NCBI GenBank assembly: GCA_964455185.1
Contig: CAYVUR010000003.1
Coordinates: forward strand, 1 to 52,829
DNA from: an uncultured Gammaproteobacteria bacterium
Lineage (GTDB): Bacteria > Patescibacteriota > Patescibacteriia > 2-01-FULL-39-33
DNA length: 52,829 nucleotides
Direction of reading: 5' to 3'
The notes beneath the pieces are model-generated. The model did not search any database and was not told the origin of the DNA. It was given only the letters and a program-made list of their open reading frames with translations. The translations under genes were made by a program, and so were the position numbers. This document shows positions 1-7,546 of this stretch, piece by piece; position 1 is the stretch's first letter, and each line of letters begins with the position of its first letter.

Positions 1-104
1 TTCTTTAACAATTTATTTTATGAGGCAGCGCATTGGGTATAAGCTTAGTTTATACTTATTGCGCTGCCTCATGGGGAGACAGCCGTTAGCCAGAACGATT
101 CTGG
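1..104 (+). ncRNA. Candidate structured 5' leader RNA, copy A (upstream part cut by window edge)
   Basis: nt 1-55 and 57-104 are identical to 4301-4355 and 4365-4412. Perfect 12-bp GC-rich stem TGAGGCAGCGCA(21-32)/TGCGCTGCCTCA(60-71) encloses GTATAA(37-42)/TTATAC(50-55). Second hairpin CCAGAA(90-95)-cga-TTCTGG(99-104). SD GGAGG at 118-122, ATG at 132. Confidence 0.6.
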
Positions 105-131
105 TAAAATAGATATAGGAGGTTAATAACA

Positions 132-1001
132 ATGAAGGACCATATTACAGAAGAGAGAAAAAAGCAAATCGAAGAAATTATAGAAAATATTGTTAATCAA
201 GAAATTAAAAGTGGTTTTTTAAATCAGGCAAGAATTGAAAAACTTCTTAAAAAGAAGGAAGAATTTGAAGATTATATTATTAATGGAATTATAAAATTTT
301 CAAACCATGATGAGTTTGAGAATGAAGAAGTAGAATCAAATTTTTCTTATCCTGAGGAATATCGAATTAAAGAAGTAGACGAGCAAGTTGAAATTTTGAA
401 ACGTTTACTTCCTCAATTATCTGATGCAACTTATGATCGTGATATTATTAAACAGCCGCTTCCAGAGGGAAGCGAAGGATGGTTTGCTATACCTAGATCA
501 AAGCTGTTGTCATCAACATATAGTAATGCTGTTGATTTAGTTCTTTCAATAATTTCCTTAGAGAGAGGTTTAATTAATTATTGTTTAGGTAAGTTCAAAA
601 TAGATTTTCTACGCCGAAACGAAAGAACAATGAAAATGCTTAAGAAAATTAGTGACAAGCAGAAACAACATCGAATCCTTATAATACCATGTCAATTTGG
701 TATTAATCATCGTGGTCGCTCGGTTCGTAGAGTACGAGAAATTTTAAAACCTAATGAATTTGGACTTGGAGTATTTGAAGTTGCTTGCCTTCTTTTAACA
801 CATCCCGAACGTGAAATCAAACAAGAACAATTACATCTTTATTGTCCGGGTGATGATTTTGCTATTATGGAAGATATTTTTTGTCATGCTTTGTCTTTTA
901 ATTTCTTAAATAATTATGGTTTCCTTAACCTTAATTACTGTTGGTATTGTTATTTTTATGAAGACTATGGTTCTGCCACTGGATTTTTTTGTCCATACTG
1001 A
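132..1001 (+). CDS. Uncharacterised protein, paralog A (289 aa)
   Basis: Long ORF with GGAGG 9 nt upstream. Shares blocks EGWFAIP, PCQFG..GRSV, EFGLG.FEVACLLLTHPERE, QLH..CPG and GSATGF with the product of 4441-5189. No family recognised. Confidence 0.8.
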   Translation: MKDHITEERKKQIEEIIENIVNQEIKSGFLNQARIEKLLKKKEEFEDYIINGIIKFSNHDEFENEEVESNFSYPEEYRIKEVDEQVEILKRLLPQLSDATYDRDIIKQPLPEGSEGWFAIPRSKLLSSTYSNAVDLVLSIISLERGLINYCLGKFKIDFLRRNERTMKMLKKISDKQKQHRILIIPCQFGINHRGRSVRRVREILKPNEFGLGVFEVACLLLTHPEREIKQEQLHLYCPGDDFAIMEDIFCHALSFNFLNNYGFLNLNYCWYCYFYEDYGSATGFFCPY

Positions 1002-1012
1002 TATTTAATGGT

Positions 1013-1050
1013 GGGTTACTTATTAATTGCAATAAGTAACCCTTTTAATT
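1013..1050 (+). terminator. Intrinsic terminator after paralog A
   Basis: 12-bp stem GGGTTACTTATT(1013-1024)/AATAAGTAACCC(1031-1042) followed by TTTTAATTT. Confidence 0.7.
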
Positions 1051-1157
1051 TATATTATTTTTTATTAATTATAGTTATTTTAATAAAATATTTTAATTTT
1101 ATTTAAAAAAATAAATTTTTAGAAAGATTTTTAGTATTTTTTATTTTTTTGTCAAGC

Positions 1158-1186
1158 TTGATTTTAAGTTTTTTTTCTGGCATAAT
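1158..1186 (+). promoter_or_regulatory. Putative sigma70-type promoter for secA
   Basis: TTGATT(1158-1163), 17-nt spacer, CATAAT(1181-1186), 26 nt before the secA ATG. Confidence 0.35.
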
Positions 1187-1212
1187 TAAAAAATAGAACA
1201 ATTTAAAATAAT

Positions 1213-3939
1213 ATGTCATTTTTAACTAAATTATTTGGAGATCCTAATATCAAGATAATTAAAGAATTAAAAGTAATTGTAGAAAAAATCAATGTTTTGG
1301 AAAAACAAATATCAGTTATGTCTGATGATGATTTAAGATCTCAAACTATAAAATTTAAAGAAAGATTAACTAAAGGCGAAACATTAGATGATTTATTGCC
1401 AGAAGCTTTCGCTACGGTGAGAGAGGCAGCTAAACGTGTTTTAGGTCAGCGGCATTTTGATGTTCAATTAATTGGAGGAATTGCTTTACATCGTGGACAT
1501 ATTGCTGAAATGCGTACAGGAGAAGGTAAAACTTTAACTGCCACCGCTCCATTATATCTTAACGCTCTAGTTGGCAGAGGGGTTCATTTAGTTACTGTTA
1601 ATGATTATTTATCTCGCATTCATGCTGATTGGATGGGTCGTATTTATAATTTTTTAGGCATGACAGTTGGTTGTATTCAGCAACAAAATATTTCTTATAA
1701 ATTTGATGCTAATTATACTAGAAATGAAGGAGATCCAATTTTAGATGTACAAAATTTGGTACCATGTACTCGAAAAGAAGCTTATGCTTGCGATATTTTA
1801 TATGGCACTAATAATGAATTTGGTTTTGATTATTTACGTGATAATATGGTGCAAAGATTAGAGGATGTGGTACAACGTGAACTATATTATGCTATTGTTG
1901 ATGAAGTTGATTCTATTTTAATTGATGAAGCTCGTACTCCTTTAATTATTTCTGCTCCTGACACTGAATCAACTAATAAATATATTCAATTTACTCAAAT
2001 TGTAAAACAGTTAAAATTAGAAGAAGATTATAAAGTTGATGAAAAATTACGTGCTGCTACTTTAACTGAAAGGGGAATTGCTAAAGTAGAAAAAATGTTG
2101 GGTGTGGAAAATATTTATACTGATCGTGGTATTACTGAGGTGCATCATATTGAACAAGCATTAAAAGCTCATGCTCTTTTTAAGCGTGATAAAGATTATG
2201 TAGTTAAAGATGGTGAAATTATTATCATTGATGAATTTACTGGACGTATGATGTTTGGTCGTCGTTATAGTGAAGGATTACATCAGGCTATAGAAGCTAA
2301 AGAAGGTGTTAAAATACAGAAAGAAAGTATAACTTTAGCTACTATATCATTTCAAAATTATTTTAGATTGTATGAAAAATTAGCTGGTATGACTGGTACA
2401 GCTGCTACTGAAGCAGAAGAATTTTCTAAAATTTATAATTTAGAAGTTACTACTATTCCTACTAATCGACCCATGATTAGAAAAGATTTAAATGATCGTA
2501 TTTATAAAACTGAACAAGGAAAGTTTCAGGCTTTAGTTCGTGAAGTTAAACAACGACATGAGAAAGGTCAACCAATTTTAATTGGTACAATTTCTATTGA
2601 AAAGAATGAAATTTTAGCAGAATTATTGGAACGAGAAGGAATTACTTGTCAGGTACTTAATGCTAAACATCATGATAAAGAAGCACATATAATTGCTCAA
2701 GCAGGACGTTTAGGCGCAGTTACAGTTGCTACTAATATGGCGGGGCGTGGTGTTGATATTATTTTAGGAGGTTATCCTTTTAATCAACAAGAATATGATA
2801 AAGTAGTAGCTGCTGGCGGTTTATGTGTACTTGGTACAGAACGTCATGAATCACGGCGTATTGATAATCAATTACGTGGTCGCGCTGGACGTCAAGGAGA
2901 TCCTGGTGTATCACAATTTTATATTTCTATGGATGATGATTTAATGCGTATTTTTGGTGCTGAACGTATTAAAAAAATGATGACAACTTTAGGCTTACCT
3001 GATGATATGCCAATTGAAAATCGTATGGTGTCTAAATCTGTAGAACAAGCACAGAAAAAGGTTGAAACTTATAATTTTGATATTAGAAAACATTTAGTTG
3101 AGTATGATGATGTCATGAATAAACAAAGAGAAACGATTTATCGTAAACGTAGACAATTATTAAAAGGAGAAGGAATAAAAGAAGCAGTAATAGAAGCAAT
3201 TAATAATGAAATTGATATAATTGTTGATACTTATTTAGCTAGCAATAATGAGAATGATTGGGATTTAGAACAAATATATAAAGATATTAGTGTAATTTTT
3301 CCTATTAAAGAAGAAGCAAAGAAGACTTTAACAGATTTAAAGAAGGAAGCTGGTGATCGTCAGGAAGATTTTATGGCTCGAGAAGCTATTGCTGGTTATA
3401 TTAAAAAAATAGCTATTGAAACTTATAATGATTTAGAAACTCAAATTAATTTGCTTGATGATGGTCATCAAGAATTGCCACCAATGCGTCAAGTGGAAAG
3501 AGGTATTTGTTTAAATGTAATTGATTCTTTATGGATTGAACATTTAGAAACAATGCAATATTTACGTACTAGCATTGGTTTGCGTGGTTATGGACAACGT
3601 GATCCTTTAGTTGAATATAAAAAAGAATCATTAAGAATGTTTCGTGAGTTATTAAAAATGATTGATCGTCAAATCGCTTATAGCATATATAAAATTGGTT
3701 TTGTTTCTCCTCAAGAAATAAGTTCTAAAAAACAAATAAATAATTTACAATTTTCAGGAGCTAACGAAAAATCAGCTTTTGAGGCTGATGAAGGATTAAA
3801 ACAAAGAAATTCAGATAAGATTTTACAAGATAAAAATCATTTTAATGGAGCAAGAGTGGGGCGTAATGATCCATGTCCTTGCGGCGCTACTTGGCCAGAT
3901 GGTAGTCCTAAAAAATATAAAAAATGTTGTGGAAGATAA
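1213..3939 (+). CDS. secA: Preprotein translocase ATPase SecA
   Basis: 908 aa. [12 protein letters not shown] start, motor motifs MRTGEGKTL and [29 protein letters not shown]-terminal Cys-rich Zn motif CPCG...CCG. Confidence 0.97.
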   Translation: MSFLTKLFGDPNIKIIKELKVIVEKINVLEKQISVMSDDDLRSQTIKFKERLTKGETLDDLLPEAFATVREAAKRVLGQRHFDVQLIGGIALHRGHIAEMRTGEGKTLTATAPLYLNALVGRGVHLVTVNDYLSRIHADWMGRIYNFLGMTVGCIQQQNISYKFDANYTRNEGDPILDVQNLVPCTRKEAYACDILYGTNNEFGFDYLRDNMVQRLEDVVQRELYYAIVDEVDSILIDEARTPLIISAPDTESTNKYIQFTQIVKQLKLEEDYKVDEKLRAATLTERGIAKVEKMLGVENIYTDRGITEVHHIEQALKAHALFKRDKDYVVKDGEIIIIDEFTGRMMFGRRYSEGLHQAIEAKEGVKIQKESITLATISFQNYFRLYEKLAGMTGTAATEAEEFSKIYNLEVTTIPTNRPMIRKDLNDRIYKTEQGKFQALVREVKQRHEKGQPILIGTISIEKNEILAELLEREGITCQVLNAKHHDKEAHIIAQAGRLGAVTVATNMAGRGVDIILGGYPFNQQEYDKVVAAGGLCVLGTERHESRRIDNQLRGRAGRQGDPGVSQFYISMDDDLMRIFGAERIKKMMTTLGLPDDMPIENRMVSKSVEQAQKKVETYNFDIRKHLVEYDDVMNKQRETIYRKRRQLLKGEGIKEAVIEAINNEIDIIVDTYLASNNENDWDLEQIYKDISVIFPIKEEAKKTLTDLKKEAGDRQEDFMAREAIAGYIKKIAIETYNDLETQINLLDDGHQELPPMRQVERGICLNVIDSLWIEHLETMQYLRTSIGLRGYGQRDPLVEYKKESLRMFRELLKMIDRQIAYSIYKIGFVSPQEISSKKQINNLQFSGANEKSAFEADEGLKQRNSDKILQDKNHFNGARVGRNDPCPCGATWPDGSPKKYKKCCGR

Positions 3940-3940
3940 T

Positions 3941-4252
3941 ATGTATCAACGACCATATAATCTTAAAGAGATAAAAAAGAATTATCCTAATAAACTTAAA
4001 AAGTTATTAACAGATGAAGTTCATCTGTGGCGAGCTAAAACAGGAATTGAGTTAATACATAAAGAACCAACTTTAAAAGAACAAAAAAGAATCTGGAGAA
4101 ATTGGAAGCAAATGACAGATGAAATGAAGAAAAAAAGTGATAAAAAGAGTATTGAAATTTTTGGAAAAGATAATATAACAAATCATAAAGAAATTATGCA
4201 AAATTGGAATAAAAGTAAAAATTTTTATAAAAAGATAAATGATAAAGTATAA
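3941..4252 (+). CDS. Small Lys/Trp-rich hypothetical protein (103 aa)
   Basis: ATG at 3941 lies 1 nt after the secA stop. The track ORF start at 3845 lies inside secA. No recognised family. Confidence 0.5.
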   Translation: MYQRPYNLKEIKKNYPNKLKKLLTDEVHLWRAKTGIELIHKEPTLKEQKRIWRNWKQMTDEMKKKSDKKSIEIFGKDNITNHKEIMQNWNKSKNFYKKINDKV

Positions 4253-4260
4253 ATTATAAT

Positions 4261-4289
4261 TTGACAAAATAGTTGTTTTTTAATAAAAT
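4261..4289 (+). promoter_or_regulatory. Sigma70-type promoter driving leader copy B and paralog B
   Basis: TTGACA(4261-4266), 17-nt spacer, TAAAAT(4284-4289). Predicted TSS is near 4296, a few nt before the conserved leader begins at 4301. Confidence 0.6.
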
Positions 4290-4300
4290 ATCTACATTAG

Positions 4301-4412
4301 TTCTTTAACAATTTATTTTATGAGGCAGCGCATTGGGTATAAGCTTAGTTTATACCTTTATACCTATTGCGCTGCCTCATGGGGAGACAGCCGTTAGCCA
4401 GAACGATTCTGG
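4301..4412 (+). ncRNA. Candidate structured 5' leader RNA, copy B
   Basis: Identical to copy A except that 9 nt (4356-4364) replace A56. Stem 4321-4332/4368-4379. Inner stem GGTATAA(4336-4342)/TTATACC(4350-4356, or the duplicated 4358-4364). Hairpin CCAGAA(4398-4403)/TTCTGG(4407-4412). Confidence 0.6.
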
Positions 4413-4440
4413 AAGAAAAGTAGGTATAGGAGAGCTAATT

Positions 4441-5118
4441 ATGAGCATGAACTCTTCCGCTGCAGTTTCGAAAAGTAATTTTAATCTTCCTGTTATTAGA
4501 AGAGGAGTAGGAGTGACATATCCTAAAGGATATGTCATTAAAAGTATTGAAGAACAAGTAGCTATCTTAATGGGCTTTTTCCCTAAGGAATTAGAGGGAG
4601 CAAAATATGATAAAGATATTATTAATAATTATCAACTTCCTAATAATTCTGAGGGATGGTTTGCTATTCCTGATTGGAATAGTATAGCCTCAACCTATTT
4701 TGAAGCTACTAACAAAGTATTAACAGCAATTAGTTTTACAAGAAAATTTTGTAATCATCTTAAGGTTTTATGTGGTGAAAATCAAGTTTCAAATTTTTGT
4801 TTAAAACAAAATGATAAAACTTTACAGATGATTCAAAAAATTAAAGAGCATCAGAAAAACAATAAAATCATTGTTTTTCCTTGTCAATTTGGACGACGCT
4901 ATCAAGGTCGTTCGGTGTATTTGGTAAGAAAAACTATAGAAAACAAGAAAAAAGAATTTGGTTTAGGTTTATTTGAAGTTGCCTGTCTTCTTTTAACACA
5001 TCCTGAGAGAGAGAGAAGAGGTGGCAACAATTACATGTTGATTGTCCTGGTAGCGATGTTATTGATATCAATAATCAATTTAAAAATGCACCTTATTTTT
5101 GTTTTTATTCTCGCCTAA
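4441..5118 (+). CDS. Uncharacterised protein, paralog B; frame is lost at the (GA)6 tract, so residues after ~HPERE are out of frame
   Basis: ATG 4441 is preceded by TATAGGAG, as in copy A. Similarity to paralog A runs through LLLTHPERE (to about 5015). It then continues in another frame (5007-5189). The TTG start at 4333 used by the ORF track lies inside the leader stem. Confidence 0.6.
   Translation: MSMNSSAAVSKSNFNLPVIRRGVGVTYPKGYVIKSIEEQVAILMGFFPKELEGAKYDKDIINNYQLPNNSEGWFAIPDWNSIASTYFEATNKVLTAISFTRKFCNHLKVLCGENQVSNFCLKQNDKTLQMIQKIKEHQKNNKIIVFPCQFGRRYQGRSVYLVRKTIENKKKEFGLGLFEVACLLLTHPERERRGGNNYMLIVLVAMLLISIINLKMHLIFVFILA
5005..5016 (+). repeat. (GA)6 dinucleotide repeat at the frameshift point of paralog B
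   Basis: gagagagagaga read directly from the sequence. Removing one GA unit joins ...HPERE to KRWQQLHVDCPGSDV... in frame. Confidence 0.9.
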
Positions 5119-5189
5119 ACTTAGAGGCAACCTGGATTAAAAATTCTGATATCAAATTCGGTTCTGCTACCGGATTTCTATATGATTGA
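5007..5189 (+). pseudogene. Out-of-frame C-terminal segment of paralog B
   Basis: This frame encodes EREKRWQQLHVDCPGSDV...FGSATGFLYD*. It aligns to the paralog A C-terminus (EQLHLYCPGDDF...YGSATGFFCPY*). A stop at 5004-5006 closes this frame upstream. Confidence 0.65.
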
Positions 5190-5226
5190 ATTTTATGTTA
5201 AGTTGTTAATCTATTAACAAAGTTAT

Positions 5227-5279
5227 AAGGATTATTTACAATTACAAATTAAATTGTAAATAATCCTTTTTTATTTTTT
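5227..5279 (+). terminator. Intrinsic terminator after paralog B
   Basis: 17-bp stem AAGGATTATTTACAATT(5227-5243)/AATTGTAAATAATCCTT(5252-5268) followed by a T-run. Confidence 0.75.
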
Positions 5280-5285
5280 AAGAAT

Positions 5286-5314
5286 TTGATAGTATTGAAT
5301 ACAATTTATATAAT
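5286..5314 (+). promoter_or_regulatory. Sigma70-type promoter for mutM
   Basis: TTGATA(5286-5291), 17 nt, TATAAT(5309-5314). Confidence 0.5.
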
Positions 5315-5345
5315 TATATTATGACAAAAAGAAAAGAATAAAATT

Positions 5346-6206
5346 ATGCCAGAATTACCAGAAGTACAAACCATAGTTAATGAGCTTAATTGTAAAATTA
5401 AAGGTAAAACGATTAAATTAATTGAGGTACGCAATCCAAGTTCAGGATTGCCAACGCCTAATATTTTAATTAACAAAACTAAAGGTAAAAAAATAAAAGA
5501 AGTCAGACGTCGTGGTAAATTAATTGATATAGATTTAGATGGTAATAATAATATTTTAATTCATCTTAAAATGACAGGACAATTGGTTTATGTAGCTAAT
5601 ACTGGTAAAAAAATTTCAGGTGGTCATCCAATTATTAATATTGGTAATTTACCTAATAAATTTTCTCATGTCATTATAAATTTTACTGATGGTTCAATTT
5701 TATATTTTAATGATATTAGAAAATTTGGTTGGGTTAAGTATGTTACTAATATTGAACGAGATATTATTAAGCAAAAATATGGTTTAGAACCATTTGATAA
5801 AGAATATACTTTAGAAAATTTTACTGCAATACTTAAGCGTTATCCTAAAAGAAAAATTAAACAACTTTTAATGGATCAAGAAAAATTTTCTGGATTGGGT
5901 AATATTTATGCCGATGAATCTTTATTTGCTGCTAAAATTTTACCGATGCGTTTAGTTGGCAGTTTAAAAAAAGAAGAAATAAAATTATTATATAAAGTAA
6001 TTCCTAAAATTTTAAAATTTGCTATTAGTAAGGGTGGAACTACTGCTGACAATTATGTACGGACTGATGGTAGTAAGGGTAAAATGGTTAATTTTCTTAA
6101 AGTTTATGGACGAGAAGGAAAAAAATGTAAACGTTGTGGTAAAATTATTAGTAAGATAAAGTTAGGAGGCAGGGGGACACATTTTTGCAAATTTTGTCAA
6201 AAATAA
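5346..6206 (+). CDS. mutM: Formamidopyrimidine-DNA glycosylase (Fpg/MutM)
   Basis: MPELPEV N-terminus (catalytic Pro2/Glu3), H2TH region, C-terminal zinc finger CKRCG...CKFC. Confidence 0.93.
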   Translation: MPELPEVQTIVNELNCKIKGKTIKLIEVRNPSSGLPTPNILINKTKGKKIKEVRRRGKLIDIDLDGNNNILIHLKMTGQLVYVANTGKKISGGHPIINIGNLPNKFSHVIINFTDGSILYFNDIRKFGWVKYVTNIERDIIKQKYGLEPFDKEYTLENFTAILKRYPKRKIKQLLMDQEKFSGLGNIYADESLFAAKILPMRLVGSLKKEEIKLLYKVIPKILKFAISKGGTTADNYVRTDGSKGKMVNFLKVYGREGKKCKRCGKIISKIKLGGRGTHFCKFCQK

Positions 6207-6266
6207 AAATAATTAATAATTACTTTATAAAGTAAATTATCTTAAGTTTTAATAAAAATAAATTAT

Positions 6267-6698
6267 TTAGAAATTAAGTAAAAGCCAGTAAAATATCAAA
6301 GATAAAATTATTCCTAAAATTAATCCAACAATAACTTCTTTTAAAGAGTGCCCAATTCTTTCTTGTATTTGTATCTCTGGATTATTAGGAAAAATTTCTT
6401 GTGCTAGCATGTTAGTTAAAACAGCATTATAACCAATTTCTCGACGAAAACCAATAGCATCTCGAATAACAATTAGTGCCAAAATTAAAGCGATGGCAAA
6501 AGCAGCGCTATTTAATCCTTCACGTAAAAAAACAACAGTAGCTAATGATGCTACAAAGGCGGTATGAGCTGAAGGCATACCGCCGTAATCTTTATAAAGA
6601 TGTTGCCAATTAAGATTATTTGGTATACCATCAATAGTAAGCTTAATAATTTGAGTTATAAATCCTACTAAAATTGGTATAATGATTAATGAATACAT
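6267..6698 (-). CDS. Divergent PAP2-family membrane phosphatase-like protein (YuiD/DUF212-like)
   Basis: 143 aa, about 4 TM segments, GGMPSAHTAFVASLA motif. Confidence 0.75.
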   Translation of the reverse strand: MYSLIIIPILVGFITQIIKLTIDGIPNNLNWQHLYKDYGGMPSAHTAFVASLATVVFLREGLNSAAFAIALILALIVIRDAIGFRREIGYNAVLTNMLAQEIFPNNPEIQIQERIGHSLKEVIVGLILGIILSLIFYWLLLNF

Positions 6699-6710
6699 AA
6701 ATTTTTATTT

Positions 6711-7541
6711 ATGGATTATATTTTAGCCATAATTGCCGGATTAATTCAGGGCACTACAGAATTTTTACCAATCTCTTCTTCAGGTCATTTGGTTTTGTTT
6801 CATGAAATAATGAGATTTAATTTTTCTAATAGTCTGTTATTTGACATAGTGCTTCATTTAGGTACCTTAGTTGCTTTACTTATTTGTTTTTGGCGTGATT
6901 TATTAAAGATAATTAAAGGTTTTTTTCAGAGTATTATTAGATGGAATGTTTCTCAAGATATTAATCAGAAATTAGCTTGGATTGTTGTTTTAGGAACTAT
7001 TCCCGCGGCCTTGATTGGTTATTTTTTTGAAGATATTATCACCTCAATTTTTCATGAAGGTGACTTAGCAGCAATTGTAGTAACTTTTATGTTAGCTTTA
7101 ATTGCTTTGCTTTTTTTGTATATAGAAAAAATTGCTACTAAAAATCGTGAAATTACTAATCTTAATTGGTTTGATTCTCTTATAATTGGTTTAGCTCAAT
7201 CTATGGCTTTAATTCCAGGCACTTCGCGTTCCGGTATTACTATTATAACAGGAATGTGGTTCGGATTAAAGCGTGAGGCAGCGGCTAAATTTTCTTTTTT
7301 ATTATCAATACCTATTATTCTTGGTGCCGGCCTTAAATCTATATTAGATATTGAATCTATTAATAATGAAGAAATTAGTTTATTATTAGTTGGTTTTTTA
7401 TCTGCAGCTATATCTGGAATAGTTGTTGTTAAATTTTTATTGAAATATCTTGAACGTCATTCTTTATCAATTTTTGCTTGGTACCGTTTGATTTTAGCGG
7501 CAGTAATTTTTTTGTGGTTAATTTTCAATATTGGTAATTAA
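6711..7541 (+). CDS. uppP: Undecaprenyl-diphosphate phosphatase (BacA/UppP)
   Basis: 276 aa polytopic protein. EFLPISSSGHL and PGTSRSG motifs. Confidence 0.93.
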   Translation: MDYILAIIAGLIQGTTEFLPISSSGHLVLFHEIMRFNFSNSLLFDIVLHLGTLVALLICFWRDLLKIIKGFFQSIIRWNVSQDINQKLAWIVVLGTIPAALIGYFFEDIITSIFHEGDLAAIVVTFMLALIALLFLYIEKIATKNREITNLNWFDSLIIGLAQSMALIPGTSRSGITIITGMWFGLKREAAAKFSFLLSIPIILGAGLKSILDIESINNEEISLLLVGFLSAAISGIVVVKFLLKYLERHSLSIFAWYRLILAAVIFLWLIFNIGN

Positions 7542-7546
7542 AATGA

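Noticed and set aside
90-104. The second leader hairpin CCAGAACGATTCTGG as a guanidine-II (mini-ykkC, ACGR loop) or preQ1-I riboswitch
   Set aside because: Guanidine-II needs two tandem hairpins with a G-C-closed ACGR tetraloop, but only one hairpin is present here, with a 3-nt (or irregular 5-nt) loop closed by A-U pairs. preQ1-I needs a ~10-12-nt loop, and its A-rich tail forms a pseudoknot; the loop here is too small. The resemblance is superficial.
3845-3940. N-terminal extension of the small ORF after secA (track start 3845)
   Set aside because: This stretch lies inside the conserved secA C-terminus in another frame. An ATG at 3941, immediately after the secA stop, is the more plausible start.
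4333-4440. TTG start at 4333 for paralog B (track ORF 4333-5118)
   Set aside because: It would translate through the conserved leader stem-loop. The equivalent region of copy A is not open in frame with its ORF. The SD-like TATAGGAG plus ATG 4441 mirrors the copy A start.
1-5280. Direct repeats flanking secA as ends of a composite transposon or other mobile element
   Set aside because: The repeats are promoter-proximal leaders of two paralogous genes in direct orientation. There are no terminal inverted repeats, target-site duplications, or transposase/integrase genes. The enclosed gene is essential secA.
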